From a virus (taxonomy: Duplodnaviria; Caudoviricetes): DNA of 35,444 nt. Position 1 is the stretch's first letter, and every line of letters starts with the position of its first letter. Of this stretch, positions 26,324 through 35,444 are shown piece by piece. The DNA is taken from positions 1-35,444 of IMG/VR virus record IMGVR_UViG_3300022695_000041. One strand, given 5' to 3'. Below the pieces are notes generated by a model that ran no database searches, was not told the DNA's origin, and was given only the letters and a program-made list of their open reading frames with translations. The translations under genes and the position numbers were made by a program.

Positions 26324-27615
26324 TGCCAATCAACGCGAGTATCCCGCTTTCGGGTATTAAAATGACCGTGCCAAACGAGCAGGGCATGGCAGTCAATGCT
26401 CAGAATATCCTTGCCTCAAGGGCGCATATGCAGCACCAGCAAAACGCAGATGCAGCCAATGCCCTCGCTACTCAGAACAGTGAAATGACTGCACAACATA
26501 AAGCCTCTATTGAGGCTGCGACAAGGATTGTTACGCACGCAAACGCAGCTTATACGCAGGCGATAAAGGCTAAAAAGACTCCAGAGGAAGCCAACAAAGA
26601 GGCCGACAAAGTTGCAAGGGCAATGTATGCAGAGGAAGCCAAGTATCAGTTAAAGCGGTTCCCTGATACCAAGATACCGACCTATGAGCAGGCAAAGCCA
26701 CTATTAGACCAGTGGCATCAGGTATTAACCAAGTTCGACCAGCAGAAACAGATGGAATCAATGAAAAACACAAATGCACTCTCACTACAGGGAAAGAGAG
26801 ACTCAGCCGCTATGGCACGAACAAAAGTGACTGCTCAGGGTAAATCAGGCTATGGGAGTCAATTCCAGGCAACCGGCCCCGATGGTAAGCCTGCTTTCTA
26901 TCATATGAATAAGCGCACACAGAAAGCCGAACCAATATCAGGCATATCTCCTATGCCGAAGACAGGCCCTACGTTGTCCATAAATGGCGACAAAGTTACA
27001 TATTCTCCTTATGGGATGACTTCTACACAGAGAGGAAAACAGAATGTAGATTTACAAAACACAGAGATTGCATTTAGGCAATCACTGGCATCAATAAATG
27101 ATATAGTCCAGAAGGTTAAGAAGAATGGAAGCTCAGTAGGGCTATCTGGATCACTTGCAAAAGGAATGGACACAATCAAGGAGCAATCTCTTAACCTTGC
27201 AAAAATGGCCGGTGTAGATATTCGTGGCTCCTTTAACAAACAACTTTCCGGCTATGATTGGAGTAGCTTCAAAAATGTTGGTGTATTAAACGCACAACTA
27301 AAAGGGGCATTGTTAAGCCTTGCGCGATCATCCGCTGCCATGAATGGAGAATCAAGCTCAAAACTATCTGATAAGGATGTTCAGCAGTATCTTGATATGA
27401 TTGGGGGAAGTGCTGGCAATAAAGACCAGTTGATAGGCGTAATATCTGATTTCTCAAAAAGATTAAAACGGAATTTCAAAATAAAGTATGAAACGATTAC
27501 AGGAAAGCAGTATAATGATGGTGAATCAAATACTGTCACTGTTAATGGAAGGACGTATGTATTCAAGAGCAAGACTGATGCAGATAACTTTAAGTCTGAA
27601 GCAGGGATACAATAA
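26323..27615 (+). CDS. putative DNA ejection protein (gp20 position)
   Basis: 430 aa, helical composition; synteny only. Confidence 0.6.
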   Translation: MPINASIPLSGIKMTVPNEQGMAVNAQNILASRAHMQHQQNADAANALATQNSEMTAQHKASIEAATRIVTHANAAYTQAIKAKKTPEEANKEADKVARAMYAEEAKYQLKRFPDTKIPTYEQAKPLLDQWHQVLTKFDQQKQMESMKNTNALSLQGKRDSAAMARTKVTAQGKSGYGSQFQATGPDGKPAFYHMNKRTQKAEPISGISPMPKTGPTLSINGDKVTYSPYGMTSTQRGKQNVDLQNTEIAFRQSLASINDIVQKVKKNGSSVGLSGSLAKGMDTIKEQSLNLAKMAGVDIRGSFNKQLSGYDWSSFKNVGVLNAQLKGALLSLARSSAAMNGESSSKLSDKDVQQYLDMIGGSAGNKDQLIGVISDFSKRLKRNFKIKYETITGKQYNDGESNTVTVNGRTYVFKSKTDADNFKSEAGIQ

Positions 27616-30098
27616 TGTCTGATTTGTCTGCACTGGCTAAGAAGTACGGTGGTATTGAATCAACCGATCTTGATGCATTGGCCGCAAAACATGGTGGTAA
27701 ACCAAGCAAAGCTGATATGAAAACTACTGAGCAGAGTGCAACAGGGGATAATGCTAGAAGATACGATAGTGTTGATGTAGGAACCAAGATAAGAAATCAT
27801 AAACAGGACGTGCAAGATGAATTAGGTGGCCCGGTTGATTGGGAACATGGGCTTGGCTTTACTGGAAGGGCGAAGTTCTCTTTCTCAAATCTTGATTCTG
27901 AGAAAGAAGCAAAATTGAAGAATATGTACCCCAATGGAGAATTAAGACGCATAAAATCAAAGAACGGATCGAATGAATTATATTTTAGGGAATCACCACA
28001 GGATGACTGGAAGCCTGTAGACCCTACCGGCCCCGATGCAGGAGATATTGCAGACTTTGCTGGAGATATACCATCAATGGTTGGTTCTGCTGCATTGACC
28101 CCCGTTGGCGGGCCTTTGATAGGAAGTATGCTAAGAGCAGGAATTGGCGGGGCATTAGGGCATCTTGCTGGTCAAGGTGTCGAGACAGTAGTGGGCGAAC
28201 AGCAAGACCCTGCTATAAACATACTTGCTCAGTCAGGCTTAAAAGGTCTGGAAATGGCGGCGGGGCAGGGAGTTGGATCAATCTTGTCTAAAGGTGGAAA
28301 TGCATTGGTTGGAAAAGGTTTCGCAGCACGAACCAACCCGCAACAGGACATTATTGATGCGAATAGGGAGATGGGAACATACCCGACTAGAGGTCAGGTG
28401 TCTGATAATCCATTATTCCAGCAAGCGGAAGGCTATGTATCTCGTTTGTCTTCTCCGATTGGCAAACAAAGATTGAATCAAGCATCTGCTGTTCATTCAT
28501 TTTCAAAAGGATTAATCAAAGATGCTGGTGGTAAGACGCATTTTGAGGCGGGCAGAGCAATTAGGGAATCAGGAAGGAAGATAATCGACACTGCAAAGAA
28601 TGAGATTGATTCTATGCGTAGTAGTTTCTCAAAGGGCGTGAGTAACATAGAGGCCGGAAGAACCGCACAGAAAGGGTTATCAGAGTTCAAGACAAGAATA
28701 GGGAAGATAGGAAATAAATTATATGCTGACCTTGGTATTGCAGCAAAAAAAGCAGGAGAACAGATAAAGGTTGATATAAGTAGTGCAAAGAACCTATATG
28801 CTGGGCGGGTCAAAGGTACTGTAACCGAAAAAGGAACGAGGTATAGTCATAAGAAGGTAATGGTTGTTCCTACTGAAGATGTTAAACTACTTCCTGTCAG
28901 TAGAAAACTGTCACCCGAAGTTGGCAAGTTGATAAGTGACGTAAACAAACTTGATGATGTCCAAAGTCTTGACGCAGTAAGGGCATTGAGATCAAGAGCA
29001 TGGGAATTATCGCAATCACCTTTGGGAGAGCCAGCAACTCTATCCAACAAGGAGGCAGGAAAGGTATTTGCTGCTCTAGACAGTTCTTTAGATAAAGGCG
29101 TAAGGATAAAAAACCCTGAGATTCTTAAAATGTACCGAAGAGCATCAACATACTGGCGTGCAAAATCCCAAAGGCTGGCGGATGACACAATCAGGCAAAT
29201 GATAAAGACAGACCGCCCTGATGAAGTCATAGACACAATATTAAAAGGAAACAGGGTTTCACGCCTATGGAAGATAAGGCATTCATTACCTAGAACTGCG
29301 TGGGATACATTCAGAGATGCCTTTAAGGGTAAAATGGCGTCAATAGACCCTTCAAAAATAAGAGGTGCTATTGAGGCGATTGACCCGAAAACCCGCAATA
29401 TACTCCTAACAAAAAAAGATCAGGCAAACTTACGCAATATAGCTGACCGATATGACGACCTTACTTCATCATCTGTTTATAAACTCGTGCAGAAGGACAC
29501 TGAATACGGGAAAATTATTAACGACGCATTCAAGAATGGTAAGGTTGAAACTGCGAGTGATCTTATCAGGGAATTAGGTGGCAAGGACACATCCGGTGGC
29601 CGCGCCGCAAGAAGCGGGCTTATGGATTTAATTATAAGCAAGACAGTATCCGTTGATAGAAAGACAGGACAAGCGGTAATTGACGGAGATAAATTGGCGG
29701 CGAAAATACAGGAACTACAATCGTCAGGAATAGGTGACGTGGTACTTACCAAGCAAGACCTTGTTGGATTGCATAAAATACAAATTGTATCAGCAAGGAA
29801 TAACTCTGCTGGAGCCGGGCTTGCTGCCGCAGGGCAAACTTCAAAGTTCATCAAGGGAGACATTAATACAAAGGCCGCAGCATTGATGATGTTTGCAAAA
29901 CTTGACCTGATAGGCCGGTTGCTTTCAAGTAAGTCTGGCTCAACCTTCCTTTATGGAAAGGGCGGAAGCCAAGTAAAAATGCCGTTATTAGAGAATTTGT
30001 CACGTTCACTTTCAGCAATATCTGGTGAGCTACACCATGACTATGCCCAACTGAAAAACGCGAACAAATCCCCAAAGGATAAGAATAATGGCAACTAA
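27615..30098 (+). CDS. putative large DNA ejection protein (gp16 position)
   Basis: 827 aa with a Gly-rich hydrophobic segment; synteny. Confidence 0.6.
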   Translation: MSDLSALAKKYGGIESTDLDALAAKHGGKPSKADMKTTEQSATGDNARRYDSVDVGTKIRNHKQDVQDELGGPVDWEHGLGFTGRAKFSFSNLDSEKEAKLKNMYPNGELRRIKSKNGSNELYFRESPQDDWKPVDPTGPDAGDIADFAGDIPSMVGSAALTPVGGPLIGSMLRAGIGGALGHLAGQGVETVVGEQQDPAINILAQSGLKGLEMAAGQGVGSILSKGGNALVGKGFAARTNPQQDIIDANREMGTYPTRGQVSDNPLFQQAEGYVSRLSSPIGKQRLNQASAVHSFSKGLIKDAGGKTHFEAGRAIRESGRKIIDTAKNEIDSMRSSFSKGVSNIEAGRTAQKGLSEFKTRIGKIGNKLYADLGIAAKKAGEQIKVDISSAKNLYAGRVKGTVTEKGTRYSHKKVMVVPTEDVKLLPVSRKLSPEVGKLISDVNKLDDVQSLDAVRALRSRAWELSQSPLGEPATLSNKEAGKVFAALDSSLDKGVRIKNPEILKMYRRASTYWRAKSQRLADDTIRQMIKTDRPDEVIDTILKGNRVSRLWKIRHSLPRTAWDTFRDAFKGKMASIDPSKIRGAIEAIDPKTRNILLTKKDQANLRNIADRYDDLTSSSVYKLVQKDTEYGKIINDAFKNGKVETASDLIRELGGKDTSGGRAARSGLMDLIISKTVSVDRKTGQAVIDGDKLAAKIQELQSSGIGDVVLTKQDLVGLHKIQIVSARNNSAGAGLAAAGQTSKFIKGDINTKAAALMMFAKLDLIGRLLSSKSGSTFLYGKGGSQVKMPLLENLSRSLSAISGELHHDYAQLKNANKSPKDKNNGN

Positions 30099-30179
30099 CC
30101 AAGGAACTGCCCTGATCACAAAAGGCAATGAATATATTATAGCAAACGCCAATATAATACCACCAGCAATATTAAACAT
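30030..30179 (-). CDS. 49-aa hydrophobic antisense protein, superinfection-exclusion candidate (not in track)
   Basis: MFNIAGGIILAFAIIYSLPFVIRAVPWLVAIILILWGFVRVFQLGIVMV; ATGACA-17-TAGTAT ends 7 nt before the ATG. Confidence 0.5.
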   Translation of the reverse strand: MFNIAGGIILAFAIIYSLPFVIRAVPWLVAIILILWGFVRVFQLGIVMV

Positions 30180-30251
30180 GGCATCAATACTACTATATGA
30201 ATGTTACAATGTCATTACCTTTATGGCATACTTCGAGCAAGGAGAATAATA

Positions 30252-30607
30252 ATGGCTACTTTAGGAAATGATGAAAACAACAACCCGGTTCCTGCCTTTG
30301 CTGAGCCGCCCTCTGGCCGGACAACACCGATAACGACTCTTGCTGCTGCGTCCAAGAAGACAATCGCCTTGTCAGATGCCCCTGAATCCGGGAAAACCGT
30401 TGTTGGCCCGTGGTATCGGTTGTTCATTCCAATACCATGACCGGGATACTACGTTTTGCATCCGGCGATCCTGCCACTGTTACAGCTACGGCTACAGACC
30501 TGCCAAGAACGGCTGGAGAATACTATATGCAATTCAATGCTGGTGACGCACTTGCGGTTTATGATGCAGGCCCATGCGGCGTAGTCATTGAATTAACGGA
30601 GATGTAA
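30252..30607 (+). CDS. small virion protein gene, split or frameshifted near 30425 (30252..30440 + 30437..30607)
   Basis: SD AAGGAG. Two ORFs with ATGA overlap read like one beta-rich domain if joined by a -1 shift. Confidence 0.55.
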
Positions 30608-32815
30608 ATGGCTACTTTATTACCATTCCCAAAATTTAAGGCAGTCGATAGCAATGGCAATCCATTGGCCGGTGGTCAGTTATTCACTTATGCGGCGGGA
30701 ACAACAACATTACAGGCAACATACACTGACACAAGCGCAGCGTCAGCGAATACGAATCCTGTAATCCTCGACTCAAATGGCGAAGCTGATGTTTTTGTGA
30801 CATCTTCACTTTCATATAAATACGTACTCAAAGATGCACTTGGTGTAACGCAATGGACACAGGATAATATCCAATCGAATGTCCCCGTCGGCCCCATCGC
30901 ATCGTCTGTAGTTTCTGACGTAGCGACTCTGAGACTTGGCACAGTGGTAAATGACTCGGCTATTCTTCTCATGGGGCATACTACACTCGGCATAGGCGGC
31001 GGCCATTTCCGTGGCGTAACTGGTGCAGCACCAGCCACATATGTTGATAACAACGGTACTATCATTGTGCCTACAGGTGGTGACGGTTCAACGGCTTGGT
31101 TGCGTGAGGATGTTGGATATGTCACGCCTCAGATGTTTGGTGCCTCAACAGCGCTTGCAGACAATGCGCCGCAATTCAGAGATATGTTTAATTACGCAGG
31201 GACACTTCAATCAAGTGACATTAGAATCCCACCGGGGACATGGAACTTAGGCAGTATAACTGGAACAGCGCCTTTTGGCGCATTCGCGAGTCTATATCCA
31301 AACATGAGCGTTAGCGGTGTAAAGGGCGCAACAGTTCTCAAAGCAACAGCAGGGTTATCAACTTCAAATCAATGGAATTTCTTTGTATTAAATTCTGCAA
31401 CATCTTTTGAACACGTTATAGTTAAAGATATTATTTTTGATTATAATGGTGTGAATAATTTAGTTCCGCCGACAGTATATCGACCCTGTATTGCTGTTTG
31501 GGTTATTGTATCAGGAACTGCTACAGGGCGTTTCGTTGAAGTCTCAGGTTGTAAGTTCCTCGATAATCCAGGTTCAAACTCTGTTTCAATAGTTGATAAC
31601 AACCCAACTGGTGGTCTTAATAATATGCTGGACATTGTTATTAAAAATAACGAATTTCTAAATTTTGGGTTCCTTGTAGGAGACTCGTTAAATGTAAATA
31701 ACTCTGACCACAGTTGCGTCTATACACAAAGCAAAAGATGCAAAATATATGGTAATACTTTTAGACAAGACTTCACTTTAGCCGAAGGTTTATCTATTGG
31801 CATGTCTGGTATTGACCTTCATGCTTCTGAAACTTCCGTGCATGACAATATTTGTGACAATGTTCACACTTTCGTATCGCATCAGAACAATTCATATAAT
31901 GCGCTTAATACGGTTGTGAAAGATAATATTTGTAAAAAAGTCGATAGAATATATGCCGCATTCGATGGTGGGTCAGGTAATTTATTCCAAAACCTAACTA
32001 TATCAGGAAACAGTTGTACTTTCCCAGCATCATCTCGTGAATTACCTTGTGTTGACTTATATCTATCTTTAACAGATATATATTTTAATGTACGAATATT
32101 AGAGAATAATTTTAATTTTGATTCTGGTTCTTTCTCTGGAAAAGCCGCATCTTGTATCAAGATAAGAAATGCTGATAACACTGTCATTCAAGACAATTAT
32201 ATTTCAAACTCATTTGGAAAGGCGATAGAAGTAATCCCTGATAAGGCAACATACAGACTAAATATCATGGATAACTATATAGTTTCTTATGGGTTGGATG
32301 AAGTAACAGGATTTAAGAAGGCTATTACTGTAACTGTGCCAGGCACATTTGGAAATACATTAACTTGCATTATAACTGGTAATACTTTATCTAATGGTTC
32401 ACTTGCTACAAGAGAATCTGCTATTGAGGTTTCTGGTGTAATAGCATCTCTCAAGGTCATTCACAATATGATAACCGGAGCAACGAAACAAGTTCCTTTT
32501 ATTACTGGCACGAACGTACTTAATCAACTAATAGTGAGAAACATATTAAGTGGTACATACTTCTTAAACTTTTCAGCAGTAGCGGCAGTTCCAGGGCAAG
32601 TAGCTCTTAACGCAACTGTTACAGGAGCGGCGGTTGGCGACCATGTTGAGATAGATTTTCCCGGAATTGTACTGTCTGATATGATATTATCAGCAGATGT
32701 TACTTTAACGGATACTGTTACAGTGCGATGGTCGCAATTAAAAGGCGCTGCAAAAGACCCAGATGGCAGCGGCGGTTACTATCGAATCGTTGTTGAACAA
32801 CGTGGATTCGATTAA
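30608..32815 (+). CDS. tailspike / depolymerase with parallel beta-helix
   Basis: N-terminal GNPLAGGQLFTYAAGTTT...NPVILDSNG anchor; VTPQMFGA...DNA...IPPGTW pectate-lyase-like cap; repeated I.xN strands. Confidence 0.88.
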   Translation: MATLLPFPKFKAVDSNGNPLAGGQLFTYAAGTTTLQATYTDTSAASANTNPVILDSNGEADVFVTSSLSYKYVLKDALGVTQWTQDNIQSNVPVGPIASSVVSDVATLRLGTVVNDSAILLMGHTTLGIGGGHFRGVTGAAPATYVDNNGTIIVPTGGDGSTAWLREDVGYVTPQMFGASTALADNAPQFRDMFNYAGTLQSSDIRIPPGTWNLGSITGTAPFGAFASLYPNMSVSGVKGATVLKATAGLSTSNQWNFFVLNSATSFEHVIVKDIIFDYNGVNNLVPPTVYRPCIAVWVIVSGTATGRFVEVSGCKFLDNPGSNSVSIVDNNPTGGLNNMLDIVIKNNEFLNFGFLVGDSLNVNNSDHSCVYTQSKRCKIYGNTFRQDFTLAEGLSIGMSGIDLHASETSVHDNICDNVHTFVSHQNNSYNALNTVVKDNICKKVDRIYAAFDGGSGNLFQNLTISGNSCTFPASSRELPCVDLYLSLTDIYFNVRILENNFNFDSGSFSGKAASCIKIRNADNTVIQDNYISNSFGKAIEVIPDKATYRLNIMDNYIVSYGLDEVTGFKKAITVTVPGTFGNTLTCIITGNTLSNGSLATRESAIEVSGVIASLKVIHNMITGATKQVPFITGTNVLNQLIVRNILSGTYFLNFSAVAAVPGQVALNATVTGAAVGDHVEIDFPGIVLSDMILSADVTLTDTVTVRWSQLKGAAKDPDGSGGYYRIVVEQRGFD

Positions 32816-32862
32816 CGGCATGAAATATTTGATGGATACATCGCTCAGGTACAGGTTTTAAT

Positions 32863-33195
32863 ATGTTTTCATTCATCGGCCTCGTAACCCGTAACCCGTC
32901 AATGGTTACCCGCCACGCTCGGAGGCTTTACGCCACCCACAAGGCTATGCGTGCATATCGTAAAGCACATCCTGCGTGCGCTTGGTGCGGACGCAAAAGG
33001 CGACTGGAAGTCCATCATGAGAAGCCTATATCGGTAGCGCCTGACTTGGCTGATGTGGAATCAAACCTGATCACACTATGCCGCCCATGCCACAGGATTG
33101 TAGGCCATAATACGTCATTTCGGGATAGATACGTTGAGAACGTGGCAGAGATATGCGCGACAAACAGAACAATGAAAACAGGAGCGGCAAAATGA
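32863..33195 (+). CDS. Zn-binding HNH endonuclease
   Basis: CAWCG...LEVHH...NLITLCRPCH; lacks the conserved leader. Confidence 0.85.
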   Translation: MFSFIGLVTRNPSMVTRHARRLYATHKAMRAYRKAHPACAWCGRKRRLEVHHEKPISVAPDLADVESNLITLCRPCHRIVGHNTSFRDRYVENVAEICATNRTMKTGAAK

Positions 33196-33560
33196 CATGG
33201 GACGGTAAAGAGAGAAGTAGCGAACTTTCACAGTCTATCAGGGCGTGCATGAAAACGGAACTCGACAAGCATGAAGAACAAGAACGCAAATGGCTTGAGG
33301 CGCACAAAAAGGAAGACATCGAATGGCTGACAGAGCATGAGCGCAAAGACATTGCCGCACATGATAAAGTGTGTGAAAAACTGGACAGTCTCGCAACTGA
33401 GCAGGAGTCGATTAAGACATTGATTCAGGAAGTGAAATCCGTGTGGAATGGTGTAGGTTTTATCAGTAAGGGAACATGGGCTGTTGCCAAGTTTCTAGGT
33501 GCCATAACAGTCATCATGGGTTCCTTTTGGGCGCTTGTGCATTTCGGCCCTAAATCATGA
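33192..33560 (+). CDS. coiled-coil protein with C-terminal TM (lysis region)
   Basis: ATG 33192 overlaps the previous stop; C-terminal hydrophobic helix. Confidence 0.7.
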   Translation: MTWDGKERSSELSQSIRACMKTELDKHEEQERKWLEAHKKEDIEWLTEHERKDIAAHDKVCEKLDSLATEQESIKTLIQEVKSVWNGVGFISKGTWAVAKFLGAITVIMGSFWALVHFGPKS

Positions 33561-33727
33561 CACTCAAAACACTAAAAGACCTGCTCCAGCACACGCTGAC
33601 CCACGCCGAGGAAAGCGTGACTGTAGCAGAACATAAAATAGAAGATGCCCGTGCAGAATTGCAGGAAGCGCAACTACTGATGAAGCAGATCAAATGGGTG
33701 CAGGAGGAATCAGATGTGGCTAAGTGA
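33557..33727 (+). CDS. 56-aa coiled-coil hypothetical protein (not in track)
   Basis: MTLKTLKDLLQ...SDVAK; ATGA overlap. Confidence 0.55.
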   Translation: MTLKTLKDLLQHTLTHAEESVTVAEHKIEDARAELQEAQLLMKQIKWVQEESDVAK

Positions 33728-34157
33728 GCATTTTACACGGCAGGAATTTGAAGTCAGCCAGACTGCTGAACGCGAGGAACTGGACAATACCATACCGACA
33801 CAGCTTTTAACGCCGATGATGGAACTCTGTGCAGGACTATTAGAACCGATACGCAATCACTACGGGCCGGTTATCATCAGTTCAGGTTACCGTAGCCCTG
33901 ATCTGAACCGGGCTATCCACGGTTCAACGACAAGCCAGCATTGTAAGGGCGAGGCCGCTGATATAATCATCCCCGGCAAGATCCCGCTAGAAGTATGCCG
34001 ATGGATTGAGGACGCCAATCTACCTTACGATCAACTCATTTATGAAGGCCGATGGACGCATATCAGTTACAGCGCAAAGATTCGCAGACAGACTTTGACT
34101 GCTGTGTTCGAGACAGGGCATGCGCCGATTTATCTCAAAGGGCTTCAAGATGTTTAA
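33714..34157 (+). CDS. endolysin, peptidase M15A family
   Basis: LSEHFT..EF, ISSGYRS..LN, SQHCKGEAADI, WTH. Confidence 0.9.
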   Translation: MWLSEHFTRQEFEVSQTAEREELDNTIPTQLLTPMMELCAGLLEPIRNHYGPVIISSGYRSPDLNRAIHGSTTSQHCKGEAADIIIPGKIPLEVCRWIEDANLPYDQLIYEGRWTHISYSAKIRRQTLTAVFETGHAPIYLKGLQDV

Positions 34158-34347
34158 AGAAGAAGACGGCAAACGCCACAGTCTAAGTCGCTGCATCTTT
34201 GCAGGCTCGTGGTTGATAGTCCTTGCCGGAGTTGTGAACTATCTATGGTTCAAAGGCCCGGACGTAGCAGCAATGGCCGGAGCATTACTCACCCCTGCCG
34301 GACTAGCTTATTGGGGCAGAGAGCATACGAAGCGAGGCGCACAATGA
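34150..34347 (+). CDS. putative holin (2 TM)
   Basis: Two hydrophobic helices and a basic tail, directly after the endolysin. Confidence 0.6.
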   Translation: MFKEEDGKRHSLSRCIFAGSWLIVLAGVVNYLWFKGPDVAAMAGALLTPAGLAYWGREHTKRGAQ

Positions 34348-34532
34348 ATCCGCTGTCAATACTGGCCCTGATAAAAGATCAGAAAGAGCGCGTAGTCTGG
34401 GCGCTGATAGCACTATCAATGCTATACTGGACATGGAACACAGCCAGCGACGTAGGCCAACTCAAGGCGCAGGTTGGCTATCAAGAGCAAGCAATGGATC
34501 TGATGTCACAGCAACTCAACGAGTGCAAATGA
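34344..34532 (+). CDS. single-TM hypothetical protein
   Basis: ATG 34344; VVWALIALSMLYWTW. Confidence 0.6.
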   Translation: MNPLSILALIKDQKERVVWALIALSMLYWTWNTASDVGQLKAQVGYQEQAMDLMSQQLNECK

Positions 34533-34624
34533 TGGACTGGCTGAATGTAATAATGATAACGCTTGTAAGCCTTGGCTTCATCGCCATAGCTTTCGCAATA
34601 GGACTATATTGGAGGTTCAAATGA
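34529..34624 (+). CDS. 31-aa TM peptide
   Basis: MMDWLNVIMITLVSLGFIAIAFAIGLYWRFK; ATGA overlaps at both ends. Confidence 0.55.
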   Translation: MMDWLNVIMITLVSLGFIAIAFAIGLYWRFK

Positions 34625-34842
34625 CATTTACTATCGGAACAATGATGCTTGAGTTTATTGCCACAGGGCTGATTGCTCTGGTGGCTGGTTTTCTGATCGG
34701 TGCGAACTGGTACAAGCGCAAGGGCAATGGCACCGTTATCGGAACGCTGGATGCAGAGAAGAAAGCACAGATTGAAGCTATCCGCATGAAGGCATTGGCA
34801 GAGATTAAGCAGATTAAGACACAGGCTAAAGAGACTTTGTAA
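34621..34842 (+). CDS. single-TM plus coiled-coil hypothetical protein
   Basis: SD GGAGGT before ATG 34621. Confidence 0.65.
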   Translation: MTFTIGTMMLEFIATGLIALVAGFLIGANWYKRKGNGTVIGTLDAEKKAQIEAIRMKALAEIKQIKTQAKETL

Positions 34843-35444
34843 TGCTCGCAGCACTCAGCCTCATGGGTGGCAAAGTCATAGGCAAATATATAGCCATAGG
34901 ACTAGCTGCTGTAGCCGTGGTGGCGTTTATCTATATCGGATGGACTGGCTACAACAAAGCTATAGCCAAGGCCGCTACAGAGGCTTCTAAGAATAAGACA
35001 CTCACAGCCAGTTTGGAGGTGGAACGTGGAAACACAAAGAGAACAGTGCAAGTATTGCAATCGGAGAGAAAGAACAGCCGTCGAGAAATTAACCGGTTGC
35101 AACACTTGTCCCGTCTGCGCCAGAAAAGAGCAAACGAAACTTCTGCGACGCTCGCTCACATGTTTAACGCTATGGGCAACGGTGATGCTGTTGTTGCTTT
35201 TAACAGGATGCTGGTGCAACGACTCGAACGTATCACGGGCGAATCATTTAACGATACTTCAAAACGAAACGCCGGTGATACCGGAAAGGCCGGTGCTGGA
35301 ACCGTTACACTTCCTTTCGCCTGCTTCGACAAAGAAACCGCCACGAAAATGATTCACAATGCAACGGCTGTTGCAGACTATGTTGATGACGTTGAGGCAC
35401 TAAAAGCGTCTAACGAACAACCACGCAAGCCACTCAGCAAGGGC
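34842..35444 (+). CDS. i-spanin (Rz-like), open to the window end (not in track)
   Basis: 201 open codons; N-terminal TM YIAIGLAAVAVVAFIYIGW, then a helical domain. Confidence 0.75.
   Translation, partial: MLAALSLMGGKVIGKYIAIGLAAVAVVAFIYIGWTGYNKAIAKAATEASKNKTLTASLEVERGNTKRTVQVLQSERKNSRREINRLQHLSRLRQKRANETSATLAHMFNAMGNGDAVVAFNRMLVQRLERITGESFNDTSKRNAGDTGKAGAGTVTLPFACFDKETATKMIHNATAVADYVDDVEALKASNEQPRKPLSKG
35026..35352 (+). CDS. o-spanin (Rz1-like) lipoprotein embedded in the +1 frame; start uncertain
   Basis: Lipobox LLTG-C (Cys 35209-11) followed by Pro-rich PVIPERPVLEP. Confidence 0.65.
   Translation: METQREQCKYCNRRERTAVEKLTGCNTCPVCARKEQTKLLRRSLTCLTLWATVMLLLLLTGCWCNDSNVSRANHLTILQNETPVIPERPVLEPLHFLSPASTKKPPRK

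Noticed and set aside
18390-29863. Minus-strand ORFs across the structural genes, and plus-strand ORFs across 1-4.8 kb
   Set aside because: Antisense shadows of well-supported genes, with no recognisable motifs.
32816-32862. Fourth leader copy before the HNH at 32863
   Set aside because: No ACATCC, hairpin, GAAATTACC or GGAG arrangement is present.
1-35444. CRISPR array, tRNA/rRNA, transposase, integrase, reverse transcriptase
   Set aside because: No spaced repeats, T-loop/anticodon consensus or diagnostic motifs seen by eye; a formal scan was not possible.

Overview
The window looks like an essentially complete ~35.4 kb tailed-phage genome with a P22-like podovirus virion module and a Gram-negative host (it encodes spanins). 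Its last 5 nt repeat its first 5 nt. In order it carries: a leftward early/recombination arm (ERF, RecE-like exonuclease, SSB, small ORFs); back-to-back sigma70-like promoters with a Cro-like gene; a rightward replication/nin arm (wHTH-RepB primase, SF2 helicase, two MTases, Ref-like, NinB, RusA-like); a leftward cassette of small genes; and then TerS/TerL, portal, scaffold, coat, gp4/gp10-like, three ejection proteins, tailspike and lysis genes. I recognised no integrase or CI repressor. The main observation is that three dissimilar HNH endonuclease genes each sit behind the same ~105-nt module. It consists of a -35/16 nt/-10 promoter and a ~70-nt leader whose variable 5' segment co-varies with two alternative downstream partners, one of which covers the Shine-Dalgarno. 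This looks like a bistable RNA translational switch carried with homing endonucleases. All protein assignments come from motif recognition by eye; no searches were run.
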